A stretch of 63,648 bases of DNA, the filler included, from Octopus bimaculoides (Eukaryota), in NCBI RefSeq assembly GCF_001194135.2. It is 5 parts of 4 records of this genome, joined end to end, with 100 filler letters (N's around TTAATTAATTAA, not from the genome) between each part and the next. Parts side by side here need not be neighbours in the genome. Positions count along the whole stretch, not along the records: positions 33,841 to 56,952 come from NC_068983.1; positions 57,053 to 61,033 come from NC_068983.1; positions 61,134 to 63,648 come from NC_069002.1; 2 more parts are not named here. One strand, written 5' to 3'. Shown here piece after piece: positions 50,205-63,648 of this stretch (position 1 is the first letter of the stretch; each line of letters starts with the position of its first letter). The position numbers and the translations under genes are program-made. The notes beneath the pieces were generated by a model that worked only from the letters and a program-made list of their open reading frames with translations, was not told where the DNA came from and made no database searches.

Positions 50205-51469
50205 GTTTTCAAATTTTTGTAAGTTAAGTTGCTTTAATCTGATTTCTAGCGATGGTAAATGCTTAAACAATCTTCAGTCTACGGCATCAACCTGTAATTA
50301 AATGGAATCATTTGACCAGTATCAGGTGATCAGTATCGGTTCATCAGAAAGAGTTCTTCTGTTGATGAGAATGAATTGAGCAGTGTCGGTTGATGAGAAT
50401 AAGATGATCAGTATCATATTTAAAATAGAAAACCAAACAGGAGTTGATGCTTACATCTTAAAATTTGAAAGTGTTAACGATGTTGCATAATCGTAGGGGT
50501 GCACGAAAAATTGTAATAGAGAACTAACAGGATATTTATGACTTTGAATCAAGTTCCTAAGTTTTATAAGTTTCTTTTTAAATGATCTCAATAGAACACG
50601 GTTTGGAGAATGTTTACATAGTTGGAGAGTATTAGCTATGTATGGAGGCCCAGCGCAAATGTCAGTTATAACTCTTGGCATGGAGCTAGTTAAGTTAGAC
50701 ACGGTCAGGACCAACCTTTGGTCCAACAATATCTGTTTTCTAAGTCATNNNNNNNNNNNNNNNNNNNNNNNNNNNNNNNNNNNNNNNNNNNNNNNNNNNN
50801 NNNNNNNNNNNNNNNNNNNNNNNNNNNNNNNNNNNNNNNNNNNNNNNNNNNNNNNNNNNNNNNNNNNNNNNNNNNNNNNNNNNNNNNNNNNNNNNNNNNN
50901 NNNNNNNNNNNNNNNNNNNNNNNNNNNNNNNNNNNNNNNNNNNNNNNNNNNNNNNNNNNNNNNNNNNNNNNNNNNNNNNNNNNNNNNNNNNNNNNNNNNN
51001 NNNNNNNNNNNNNNNNNNNNNNNNNNNNNNNNNNNNNNNNNNNNNNNNNNNNNNNNNNNNNNNNNNNNNNNNNNNNNNNNNNNNNNNNNNNNNNNNNNNN
51101 NNNNNNNNNNNNNNNNNNNNNNNNNNNNNNNNNNNNNNNNNNNNNNNNNNNNNNNNNNNNNNNNNNNNNNNNNNNNNNNNNNNNTATATATATATACGTA
51201 TACAAATATATATCTATATGTATACATAATTTATATAAATAAGGATAAGATCGATATTTAAAATATTGATTTTATCAAGTGGCCAGCATGGGAATAAAAA
51301 CTATCAAAGGTAATAATTATTTAAAATTATAATACAGGGTATCTAAGAGATACCGCCACAATATTGTGGTTTAGAGTCATGATTTGACTGCTATTTTTCA
51401 GCGTGGCGGTATCTCTTATAATTTCTGCACATCTTTTTCTTCGGCTTGCATTTACTACATCTAAAGTGG

Positions 51470-51890
51470 GTTTCAGTCGGCACAATTCGATGGGAAATTT
51501 TATACTTGACACTAGTAGTTCAGCGGGCCAAGTTAATTGCGGTCACCAAGATGTTGTGGTAACTCGGAAGGTTTTACACGTAGTGGCCATCTCCTTGGTG
51601 AACTGCTTTACAGGGCCGGATATATCCACTTATGCTGGAGTTGCCTCTAAGCTATCAAAGAGAACAACTCACCGCCTGAAGGACTCTACTCCTTGAATTG
51701 CAGTCTAAGCTGATTTGTGATTCTCCTAGTCACTTCATGGAACCAATGATGAGACATAGCGATGGCATCCATAAATGGGTCGCTGACAGGTGACGAAGAG
51801 ACTAGGAGAATCCCAGGACATGATGACTCGATAATTCTTCGAACCAGGATAGAACAGGGAACAATAATGGCTAAAGTGTGATTCGACACT
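51470..51890 (-). mobile_element. Possible highly degenerate Gypsy integrase remnant
   Basis: ..RPIYGCH..SGPVKQFTKEMATTCKTFRVTTTSW*PQLTWPAELLVSSIK loosely follows SDNGxQFTSxEFxxFCKxFxVxHxTTxPYHPxSNGxAERxVxTxK. Confidence 0.35.
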
Positions 51891-53981
51891 CAAAATATAG
51901 GAGCTCTAGATACAGATCCCCACAACAAGTATCAGTTTAAAACCATCCCCAGTTCAAGTGTATGTGACTGGTTGTATGTATGTATGTATGTATGTATGTA
52001 TGTATGTATGTATGAATATTTCTATGTATGTAAATATGTATGTATGTACGTATATATGTTTGTGTGTATGTATGTATCTCGCAAATAAAATATAAAATAA
52101 ACTATCTTTCTAGTATGTGCATTATTAAGTTACATACTTTTTCGCATTTTAATGAGAAATTTTGTCTATGCTTCATTAATAATTATTGATGTAGCGATAT
52201 AAACATACTATCAACTTGCATTTGTTTCATTAATCTTTTCACTTCCATTATATCATCTTAACGAACTATTCAGAGACTCATTACTCAAACTATTCTCCTT
52301 GCAAAACGTTGTACTATTAAGTTCAGATCTTGCAAATATCGATTTATGAGCACTTTAGTGAAATTAGTCAGAAAGTATGACATACTTTTTTTAAACAATA
52401 TATTCATATTTCGTTTGCCTTCTGGCAATATACGTTACAAACAAATTCAACAATGCTTCATTTCACCTCATCTGAAATCTTCTTAAGAAGTAACGTGTTC
52501 ACAATAATCATTTGGTCATGATAACATAAAATATTATATTAACCCAGCTTTACATTGTGTCTGAATTATCTTGATGTGTCACTATATAAAGCGAAATGTG
52601 ATATTACTTTATTTGTAAGGCTTGCTTCCGAATAGGGCCATCTGCCCGAAAGCTTGTGGTGAAGATTTTGAGGTAATTCTTGAAAATCTTTATAATTCAG
52701 GTCAGAGAATAAAAACAAAAGCTCACAGTGAACAGATTACATACGAAATATTAAAGATAAAAGTGTTCTTAAATTTTTATTGTTGTTGTATTTTATTATT
52801 CTTTCTTTTAAAAGAGTAGTTAGATATAGAAGTTTATGAGCACAAAATAAAATATCAGTATAATGTCTATTTTGAAATGTTTATCATTGTAGGTGGATAG
52901 TTTTCCTTCATATTAGACCGGGATTAAAGTTTGTAAAATACAATAAAAATTACTTTGATCGAGTAAACATGTGTTTACAATGTTAGCAATCATGTAACGG
53001 TTTAATTAATCACAAACAAGCATTTTTACCATTTCAATCAAATTAGCGTATGATAAATAATAATTAGGTACACATGCTAAAAATATAAAGGCCTGTTTTT
53101 TTTTTTAAGTTCGTCATTTTGCAATTGACAGAAGCGGTTTAAATTACTAATAAGTGTCCTCTTAAGTCAAATCTCAGTAATGTACATATAGTGAACTACT
53201 AATGATATTAATGAATTTGTGAGTAAAATATATATAGAATGGATATATATTTATAACAAAAAGTAATCATGCACACAAATACACACAACACAAAATATAC
53301 ACACACAACACCGACACACACACATGCGCATTCAAATACACACACAAACGTGTGTGTGTGTATGTACAGTTGTATGCAAGATTTCATTTTAATAACAATG
53401 CATATCATATGTACTTGAAAGTCCACCGAGCAATTAAGAGTTTCAGGAGGCATTCTGTCTATATGAATCTTCTAGAAACAATGAAAAATGAAACGTCAAA
53501 AGTTTCATAGACAATTACATCTTCATGTGTTCCAGAATTTACAACATACACAAGCTAAATCATCGTTAACCAAAGATTTGAAAAAATAATAACTTGCAAT
53601 TTTCATTGAATCTGTCACTTTCATTTCCTTTCTCTTTAACTCTTCATATGTGTGTGCATATTTGTGGTTTGCACCAAGCTATCGCCGCATGTACGACGAT
53701 GATGCCAACTCATACATAGACATGGCACACAAGGAGTCCGACGGAATAAAATTTCATACGAGATTCAAATATGCTGATATTGCTACGCCAAAAACTGGAT
53801 ATTAGATATGGAAGAAGGACACTCATCACATTTATTGGGAGTTACATGTATGGAAAGCTGTTGGTCAGACGTTCGTGGATTGCGCTCAAAGGGGTCAAGA
53901 GCAATTTCCACTAGCCGACGATTAAGCTCCACGAGCTTTGAAGCTTTAAATACTAAGGAATTATAATCAAACTGTTTTGAT

Positions 53982-54014
<33 letters not shown>

Positions 54015-55914
54015 NNNNNNNNNNNNNNNNNNNNNNNNNNNNNNNNNNNNNNNNNNNNNNNNNNNNNNNNNNNNNNNNNNNNNNNNNNNNNNNNNNNNNN
54101 NNNNNNNNNNNNNNNNNNNNNNNNNNNNNNNNNNNNNNNNNNNNNNNNNNNNNNNNNNNNNNNNNNNNNNNNNNNNNNNNNNNNNNNNNNNNNNNNNNNN
54201 NNNNNNNNNNNNNNNNNNNNNNNNNNNNNNNNNNNNNNNNNNNNNNNNNNNNNNNNNNNNNNNNNNNNNNNNNNNNNNNNNNNNNNNNNNNNNNNNNNNN
54301 NNNNNNNNNNNNNNNNNNNNNNNNNNNNNNNNNNNNNATATATATGCACATTTCTAGTGTATATGCATATACACATTAACCTACATGAATACGTCATTGT
54401 ACGTATAAGTGTGTGTGGACGCGCTCAGTGGAAGTCTGATTGCTTATAAATATATACATATATACCATGCTGTATATAGGTAGATATGTCTTTGTTTCGG
54501 CTTGTCTATGGTACACAGGTAAATTTGAGTTCTGTAAAATAACGAAGTAGTATGATTTACATTTCCTCCCATTTATTCTATTAGATGCTATTCAATATAA
54601 CCATTAACTTATAACTTTTTAGAACATTTTATTTTGTTACAGAATATTTTCCTAGTTTTACAAAATTGTATACCAATAAAAAATATTGAAATATTTTTAT
54701 TGGAAATTCATAATTTTCTATCATATATGGAAGGAACTAGTGTAACACACATTTCTGCAGTTATTGTTAGCTCCAAAACACAGCTAACAAACATAATTTG
54801 CAACATTGATAATAACAAATGCGTCGTCGATATAACTACAGTCACACACAAATTATCTAATGTAGCACTGAATCTACTATCAATAATTATTGTTTAGCTA
54901 CGATATTATCTGTATGTTTTACACGAAATATTACCTAATAAATTGATAGCAATATATTTTACACTACTTTAGACAGAGTTCATGATGTATTTCACTTTTC
55001 CAAACATTCTGTTGTTTGTATACATTTAATTTTTCGATCAAATATACATCGTTACCTTTTCAAAATCCTATTTAAAATATTCTCACTGATATTCTCTGAT
55101 AAAATTATGTGAATCGATTTCACAAACATTTGTGTAGGGCTGGAAAACAAAACATCAATTCCAAATGTATACAAGCACATACACACACTCCCATACATAC
55201 ATGTATGTTTTTATTTATGCATCTAATTATCTATCTATATATATACATACATACATATATGTGTGTGTGTGTGCGTGTGTGTGTGTATATATACATACAT
55301 ATAAATATATATATATATATATATATAAATTCTAAAAACAAAAAAAACGAAAAGGCAAAAGAAACAAAATGTGAACGACAAGCAATGTATTAATATTATG
55401 CTCGGAGAAGGAACAAAGTAGTCGTACTTCTTTTCAGGCATAGCTCTTCCAAAATACAGGAAAAACAGGGTACAGGGGAAAAAAGGAAATATATACATAC
55501 ATACATATATATNNNNNNNNNNNNNNNNNNNNNNNNNNNNNNNNNNNNNNNNNNNNNNNNNNNNNNNNNNNNNNNNNNNNNNNNNNNNNNNNNNNNNNNN
55601 NNNNNNNNNNNNNNNNNNNNNNNNNNNNNNNNNNNNNNNNNNNNNNNNNNNNNNNNNNNNNNNNNNNNNNNNNNNNNNNNNNNNNNNNNNNNNNNNNNNN
55701 NNNNNNNNNNNNNNNNNNNNNNNNNNNNNNNNNNNNNNNNNNNNNNNNNNNNNNNNNNNNNNNNNNNNNNNNNNNNNNNNNNNNNNNNNNNNNNNNNNNN
55801 NNNNNNNNNNNNNNNNNNNNNNNNNNNNNNNNNTATACATAGGTTTATAAATTTGTTTTGCAAACATTCCTGATGTGAAATCGTGTGTTGAAATAGATAT
55901 TGTATTTCAGAAGG

Positions 55915-56470
55915 GTCATTATTTTATTTTTGCTAAATAAACACACGCACTATATATACATTTTTATTCACTCATCTATTATTGTTGTTATTTTTATTAT
56001 TTTAACTCATGTCCATTGTCTGGAAATCTTTCGTCACACATCCGTGATCACTTCAGCAACACTTTTCGTTTTAGTGTGTGTACTTGCTCCACGCACTCCA
56101 TTTTGTTCTTAGCTGTGTATCCTTATGTTCGCATGCGTTTGTGTCCTTGTTTTGTGTTTGTATGGATGGTGCGTGTGTGAGTATGTGTACGCACGCATAC
56201 ACACACGCACACATATACACACACATATACACACACACTAACAAGGACACAAACACATGCGCACACAAGGATACACATCATAGAAGAACAGAATGGAATA
56301 ACCGGAGCAAGAACACACACGAAAATGAAAGTCTCACTGATGAAGTCACAGATATCGAATGAAAGATCTTCGGACAATGGACATGAATTAAAATAATAAA
56401 AAAAAGAGTAATAAACGAGTGAAGAAAAAAAACATATAGTGTGTCTGCTCATTTGGCCAAAACATGACCA
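55915..56470. repeat. Imperfect fold-back (arms about 55915-56151 and 56240-56470) around a (TG)n/(CA)n centre; each arm carries a hammerhead-like remnant
   Basis: The left-arm reverse complement aligns with the right arm, e.g. aacaaggacacaaac, ggagcaag, gacaatggacatga(g/a)ttaaaataataaa. Confidence 0.8.
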
Positions 56471-57079
56471 CCCCCAAATACAACAAAAAATATATAAATA
56501 GATATACATATAGTCAGAAATTAACATATATANNNNNNNNNNTTTTTTTCCTTATGAGGTTTTTTCATGCTGACTAGTTGATAAATTCTAATAAAGATTT
56601 TATCCTCATGTTATATTATATTTGTATGTATGTATATATATAAACATAATTAAGGGATCAGCAACAGTTGCTTCACCACATACGGAAGTTCAGAAATAGC
56701 AGCTAAAGTGCCAAAACTCCAACAGATAGCAACACTTGTAACTCACAGAAGCAAAACAAGAAGAAAAAACAACGAAACTAAGCAGTCGTAGTTAATCATA
56801 GACTATCTTTCAATCTATCTACTATCCGTCAATCAATCTATGATCAATCAATCAATCAATCAATCCATCCATCAATCCATCCATCCATCCATCCATCCAT
56901 CCACCCATCCATCCATCCATCTATCTATGTATATATATATATATATATATATNNNNNNNNNNNNNNNNNNNNNNNNNNNNNNNNNNNNNNNNNNNNTTAA
57001 TTAATTAANNNNNNNNNNNNNNNNNNNNNNNNNNNNNNNNNNNNNNNNNNNNTAACCCTGTGTGGCTATAATAAAAAGA

Positions 57080-57116
<37 letters not shown>

Positions 57117-57117
<1 letters not shown>

Positions 57118-57287
57118 CATTATTTACATTTGATGGATATTTGTCGTCATCTTGTTTGTTGTTAACACAACGTTTCGGCTGATATACTCTCCAGCCTTCA
57201 TCAGGTGTCATGGGGAAATTTCAAACCTGGGTTCTCATTCCTAAGGTATTTTTCGATGTTGTTGCTTTTATTATTGTTATTGCTACG

Positions 57288-57354
<67 letters not shown>

Positions 57355-57425
57355 TCAGTGCCTGGAATCGAACTCGGAATCTTGGGGTTAGTAGTTCGAG
57401 CTCTTAACCACTACGCCATATGCCC
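57117..57425 (-). mobile_element. Composite SINE-like element: tRNA-like head, (AAT)n, hammerhead-containing tail
   Basis: Head 57425-57351 has A box TGGCGTAGTGG and B box GTTCGATTCC. (AAT)n at about 57350-57265, then a tail of about 145 nt containing the ribozyme, then (GATA)n. Confidence 0.7.
57163..57210 (-). ncRNA. Minimal type I hammerhead ribozyme, fully canonical
   Basis: UGACAC-CUGAUGA-A-GGCUG(gagaguauau)CAGCC-GAAA-CGUU/GUGUUA. Stem I 6 bp (one G-U), stem II 5 bp, palindromic ACGU stem III, GUU triplet. Predicted cut between 57169 and 57168. Confidence 0.85.
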
Positions 57426-57461
<36 letters not shown>

Positions 57462-57871
57462 GTGTTTGTGTGTGTGTGTGTGTGTGTGCGCGTGCACGCG
57501 CGCGTTTTTATATACATATATGTATGCGTGTCATTTAGTTATATTTCTAGATGTTTTTGCCAATGGAGAAAGAGCCGGTTTCTAACCTAGATCCAGAGTT
57601 CCTTCATTGGAATTTTAAACGCCAACAGGGTGTTTGTGCATGTTTGTGTGTATGCGTACAATATTTGGGATCAGATACAAACTCTGTAAAGTATTTTGAT
57701 CGTTAATTTATCTAATCTACTATTAACAGTCATTTGGATCCCTACAATAATCTATTTTAATCCGTCTTTATCCCTTCTCACCAATTAGCATTAACAACCG
57801 TCTGAGCCAAGAGGAATCCACAGCATGGTTGCTTACTCTACATGAAAGATAAATAAATAAAACAAATATAT

Positions 57872-58365
57872 GAGTAGGAGTGGCTATGTGGTAAGTAGTT
57901 TGCTTACCAACCACATGGTTCCGGGTTTAGTCTCACTGCGTGGCACTTTGGGCAAGTGTCTTCTACTATAGCCTTTGGCTGACCAAAGCCTTGTGAGTGG
58001 ATTTGGTAGACCGAAACTGAAAGAAGCCCGTCGTATATATATATATATATATATATATNNNNNNNNNNNNNNNNNNNNNNNNNNNNNNNNNNNNNNNNNN
58101 NNNNNNNNNNNNNNNNNNNNNNNNNNNNNNNNNNNNNNNNNNNNNNNNNNNNNNNNNNNNNNNNNNNNNNNNNNNNNNNNNNNNNNNNNNNNNNNNNNNN
58201 NNNNNGTGTGTTTACGTCCCCGTAATCTAGCGGTCCGGCAAAAGAGACCGATAGAATAAGTACTAGGCTTACAAAGAATAAGTCCTGGGGTCGATTTGCT
58301 CGACTAAAAGGCGGTGCTCCAGCATGGCCACAGTCAAAAGACTGAAACAAGTAAAAGAGTAAAGA
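57872..58365 (+). mobile_element. Full-length SINE family A with a gap at the internal (TA)n
   Basis: Head, body and tail all match 32681-33080. Confidence 0.85.
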
Positions 58366-60512
58366 TAAATAAAAATCGCCTTCAGATCACTCTTCATAGT
58401 CATAAAGAATAAAATGACATATTAGATAACGTAGAACTACATATATCTAAAAGCGAGATGGCCAAGGATGGAACGCCCGCGTTCATAAGTTTGTTCGATT
58501 AATGCTGACTTCGGGCTCCACTACAATTTGTACCATTTAGAAGGTGTCCATGATAGAATATAAGGCCAACAGAAAAGAGTCTGGCAACTGAAGCGATAGG
58601 TGTATCGATCGTCATAATAAGAAATCGAATTTAAGAAAAGGTTATTACGTATTCATTAAACAGCGGAGAAAACTATAAACACCGTTCCACTTTTGCGTTT
58701 GTTAAGCAAAGATGGTAAGCTGCTGCTGCTGCTGCTGTTGTTGTCGTGATTGTTAAGATATGAGTGTTCTCGTATCGAAGTGCATGCGCCTTAACACGAC
58801 CAATAGAGCCCTCGTGTTTTGTTAAGCACTATCCTCGTGTCTGCTCTTTTAAGTGCGAAGTCCTTTCGCTTAGCCTCTTATAAATTAGTTATTAACCCAA
58901 TCACTCGCGTAATACCTTCTAATACTACTTCATTACTGTACCTTGTTCCATTTCAAGCTGCCCGCTGTTGTTGTTCCCTATTGTTAATGTTTGCTCTCAT
59001 CAATTTCTGCTTAACTAGCTCGTTAATCTGATCCCCGAAGGATTTCAATATAGAACGACGAATTTCCCTTCCAACAACCGAATCTCAGTCTATGTATTTT
59101 GTCTTGGTTCATTGTATTGATAAAAAAACAATTGTGGCTCGGGTAGTGAGTCTCACAAAAATATGGGCAACGGCGCTAACTCCATCCACTGCCGGGTAAC
59201 TGAGTAACCGTTCTTGTGCAAGAGGATAGTTTTTAAGTCTAAAAAGTAAACCTTTTTCACCTTTCCCTCCAAAACATATGTTCCACTCGATCATGTTCCA
59301 TGTGTATCTAAGATACTATTCCAGTCGTTAGGGTAGAATGGCTTCTTGGTTCCGGGAGAAGTTCGACTGTTTTGCTACCGTTAATTACAGAGTAACAGCT
59401 TGACTGCTTCTCACACCTAAGCCCTCCCCTGCTATCCGGGTCTTGAAAGATCGTCGTCATCTGGAAACCTGGTAGAGATGATGGTTATGGGATGGTGCTG
59501 ATGGTGGTAGGGTAGAGGAGATGTGAGTGAGGTGATGGTGGTAGTGTTGAGGTGGCAAACCACTAAGTACGTTCCTTCTTACTACCAAATTCTTTGTTTT
59601 AAGTTTGTAAATTTCAAAATAATTTTCGAAGCAAATAACGTGAAGCAGATTCTTGCAAGAGTCACGAGTACTCAGTATTGACCATATATCTGTTCATATA
59701 TAGGCCTGGTGGATAAGGTTCTTAGAGGAAGATTAGCAATTGTCTATGCATGCAGATCTTCTTTCCTTCACGCCATTCATGTATATCGAAGCAGGGTCGA
59801 TACAGCTTGGTACCAGTGTAAACACAAACATTGCTGTCAGAACACAAAGGGTTAGAATAGATACTGCAAGGCACCTTGCTCGACCTTCTAGCAGTTCCAC
59901 CGATCCACTATCTTGGAATGGTATATTTTTATCGACCCAAGGAGAATAAAAAGCGAAGTTAACAAGGGCGAGATCTGAACTTGGTGCACAGAGAGTCGTA
60001 ACAAATATTGTAACACATTCTAACCAACACTGTAAGGACTCGGCTAATTATCCACTTTTTTAAAGAATGCATAATTGGAAACTGGCCACCACTCTCGACA
60101 GCTGATCAGCTGACAAACAATGCAAACACTAACCGTTCTTTAGTTTTGTGTAAGCCACTGATTCTCTTCAAGGCTTGCGGAGCAGGAACTTTTATGCAGG
60201 TAAAAAAATAGATAAATAGAATATAAATCATACCTGTCATGCGCAAGGGAGTATGATTTGATAACATATACCGTTCTCTTGCTATGCATGTATAGTCGCC
60301 AGCAGGCTTCCTTCAATCCACCCAATTTTATTTCAGTGAAGCATTCAGGATGTGAAAGCCTGAGAAAGAGAAAAGGCCCATACACGCACAGATGCATGTC
60401 AACGTTGTCTACTTGTAGCCTTTGCAAGAATGTGCTTATAATTTTCGGCTTCGAAGTGAACAGTTACTCATTATCGCTTGAGAAGAGAAGAGGTACGTGA
60501 ATTAATTTGCTT

Positions 60513-60611
60513 TGCACAATGGAAACAACGCGTCGTCCGATACAGGAATCGAAACCTGCGACCTTATGATGATGATTCTAATGTGTCTAACCACTAAGCC
60601 ACATACCTTCG
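60513..60611 (-). mobile_element. tRNA-derived SINE head (family C-like)
   Basis: Minus strand GCGAAGGTATGTGGCTTAGTGGTTAG...GGTTTCGATTCC. Confidence 0.65.
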
Positions 60612-61133
60612 CATAACGACAACAGCAAGTATAGAAATGGTGGCAGAAGCAACAGAAACAATAACAAGAAGAATAGCAAAAATAACAGGTAATAACTGAA
60701 AGATAAAAGACAAAGAAAAAATGGATCCACAAAAGAAAAGATGAAAAAGAACGGAAAAAAAACAAAAAGAGAAGAAAACTATATAAATGCAACAGTGAGA
60801 ACAAGAGTATTAGAATTGGCAATTCCTTATATAGACCCAGCACCAGCAGCAAAAAAACAAAAACAAATAATGTATATAATATAATATAAATAAAAAGATA
60901 ACTACATGGAAAATAAAACATAGAGCTTAAATCATTAAAGGTATTCTTCCATCACTTCTTATAACCCGGGCCGAGTGAGCAGAATTACCACCACCACCAC
61001 CACCCGCACCACCACCACCCGCACCACCACCACNNNNNNNNNNNNNNNNNNNNNNNNNNNNNNNNNNNNNNNNNNNNTTAATTAATTAANNNNNNNNNNN
61101 NNNNNNNNNNNNNNNNNNNNNNNNNNNNNNNNN

Positions 61134-62813
<1,680 letters not shown>

Positions 62814-63648
62814 ACAGAATATATATTGAAATTATTAAGCTATATAAAAAAATATCACAATATATTTGATGTATTTGAGATTTGAGAAAATTCAAAATAA
62901 TTTTCTTTTCTCTGTAGAATGTCGGAAGTGCCTAATTTAAAACTTCATGTAACTTTATAACTATGAAATGCTAAAATAAATAGGTAAATAAATGAATGAA
63001 TAAATAAATAAATAATAATTATAAATTCATAAAAATGTAAACTAATTTTAGCAACATTAAATAATATAGGAGGGAGAAAGCTACATTAATGAAAAGTTTA
63101 TAATAAAAACTGTTGAAAGAGAAGGCAAAACTATGCAACTTCTATATGGAGAACATGAATATTTATGTATTTTTTTGTAGCAACATCTCAGGGAAATAGT
63201 AATCTTATGTTTTTTTTTTGTTTTCAATATAGTACTATATATTTATACACAGTCGACATGTGAGTTCTTAAAACTGATTATGAAAGCACCAAGATGATTT
63301 TGAAGGTAATTATCTTGTCAGTGGTATTAACAGAAACCATCTTTGAATGCTTGAAAGTTATTACCATCATTTTTATTATTATTATTATTATTATCATTAA
63401 GTTTTTGTTTGTTTTACAGAGCACCATTTATTAAGAAAAAAAATGCTGTTTTGAAGAATGAAAGAAAACTACTAGCTTGAATTAAACCAAGAAGTCAAAT
63501 TGAACCTACCATCATTCTTTCTATATTATAATACTTTTTTCTACCAGCAAGAGAAGTGTAAAAACCAGAAAACCAATTATGACTGTTTTTGAAGAATTCC
63601 TTTAGACATAAGAAATCTAAACCAATATGAAATTGATGATTAAATAAA

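Noticed and set aside
53783-53990. LDPFERNPRTSDQQLSIHV, faint Tc1-type HTH similarity
   Set aside because: Too short, with no DDE motifs or TIRs found.
57351-57425. tRNA gene
   Set aside because: A and B boxes are present but acceptor and anticodon stems do not pair and there is no adjacent terminator; treated as a SINE head.
58770-59320. Possible Tx1 C-terminal zinc region (..VEHMFW..) on the minus strand
   Set aside because: Too degenerate to support without a search.

Overview
AT-rich, microsatellite-dense eukaryotic genomic DNA with many N gaps. It is most likely an octopus (coleoid cephalopod) draft assembly; this is inferred from composition and from SINE families recognised from memory, not from a database search. 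The only host coding sequence I can support is one 87-nt terminal exon (18333-18419, +) encoding the C-terminal leucine zipper of a myosin phosphatase targeting subunit (MYPT1/PPP1R12 family). It lies in a visibly CpG-poor block at about 9.6-32 kb. The rest is transposon debris: Tx1-like, R4/Dong and CR1/Jockey-group LINEs, a Penelope-like RT, Chapaev, mariner, a possible Gypsy integrase, a TIR element with a telomere-repeat palindrome, and three or more tRNA-derived SINE families. The most interesting signal is a set of minimal type I hammerhead ribozyme motifs found by reading the minus strand. One fully canonical motif (57163-57210) lies downstream of a tRNA-like Pol III head with no intervening T4 terminator. 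One with an intact core (45991-46054) lies inside a 63-bp inverted repeat. Decayed copies occur at 34.4 kb and in both arms of a fold-back at 56 kb. Most ORFs in the supplied track are microsatellite or gap artefacts. Identities quoted are by-eye estimates, and TE boundaries are approximate.
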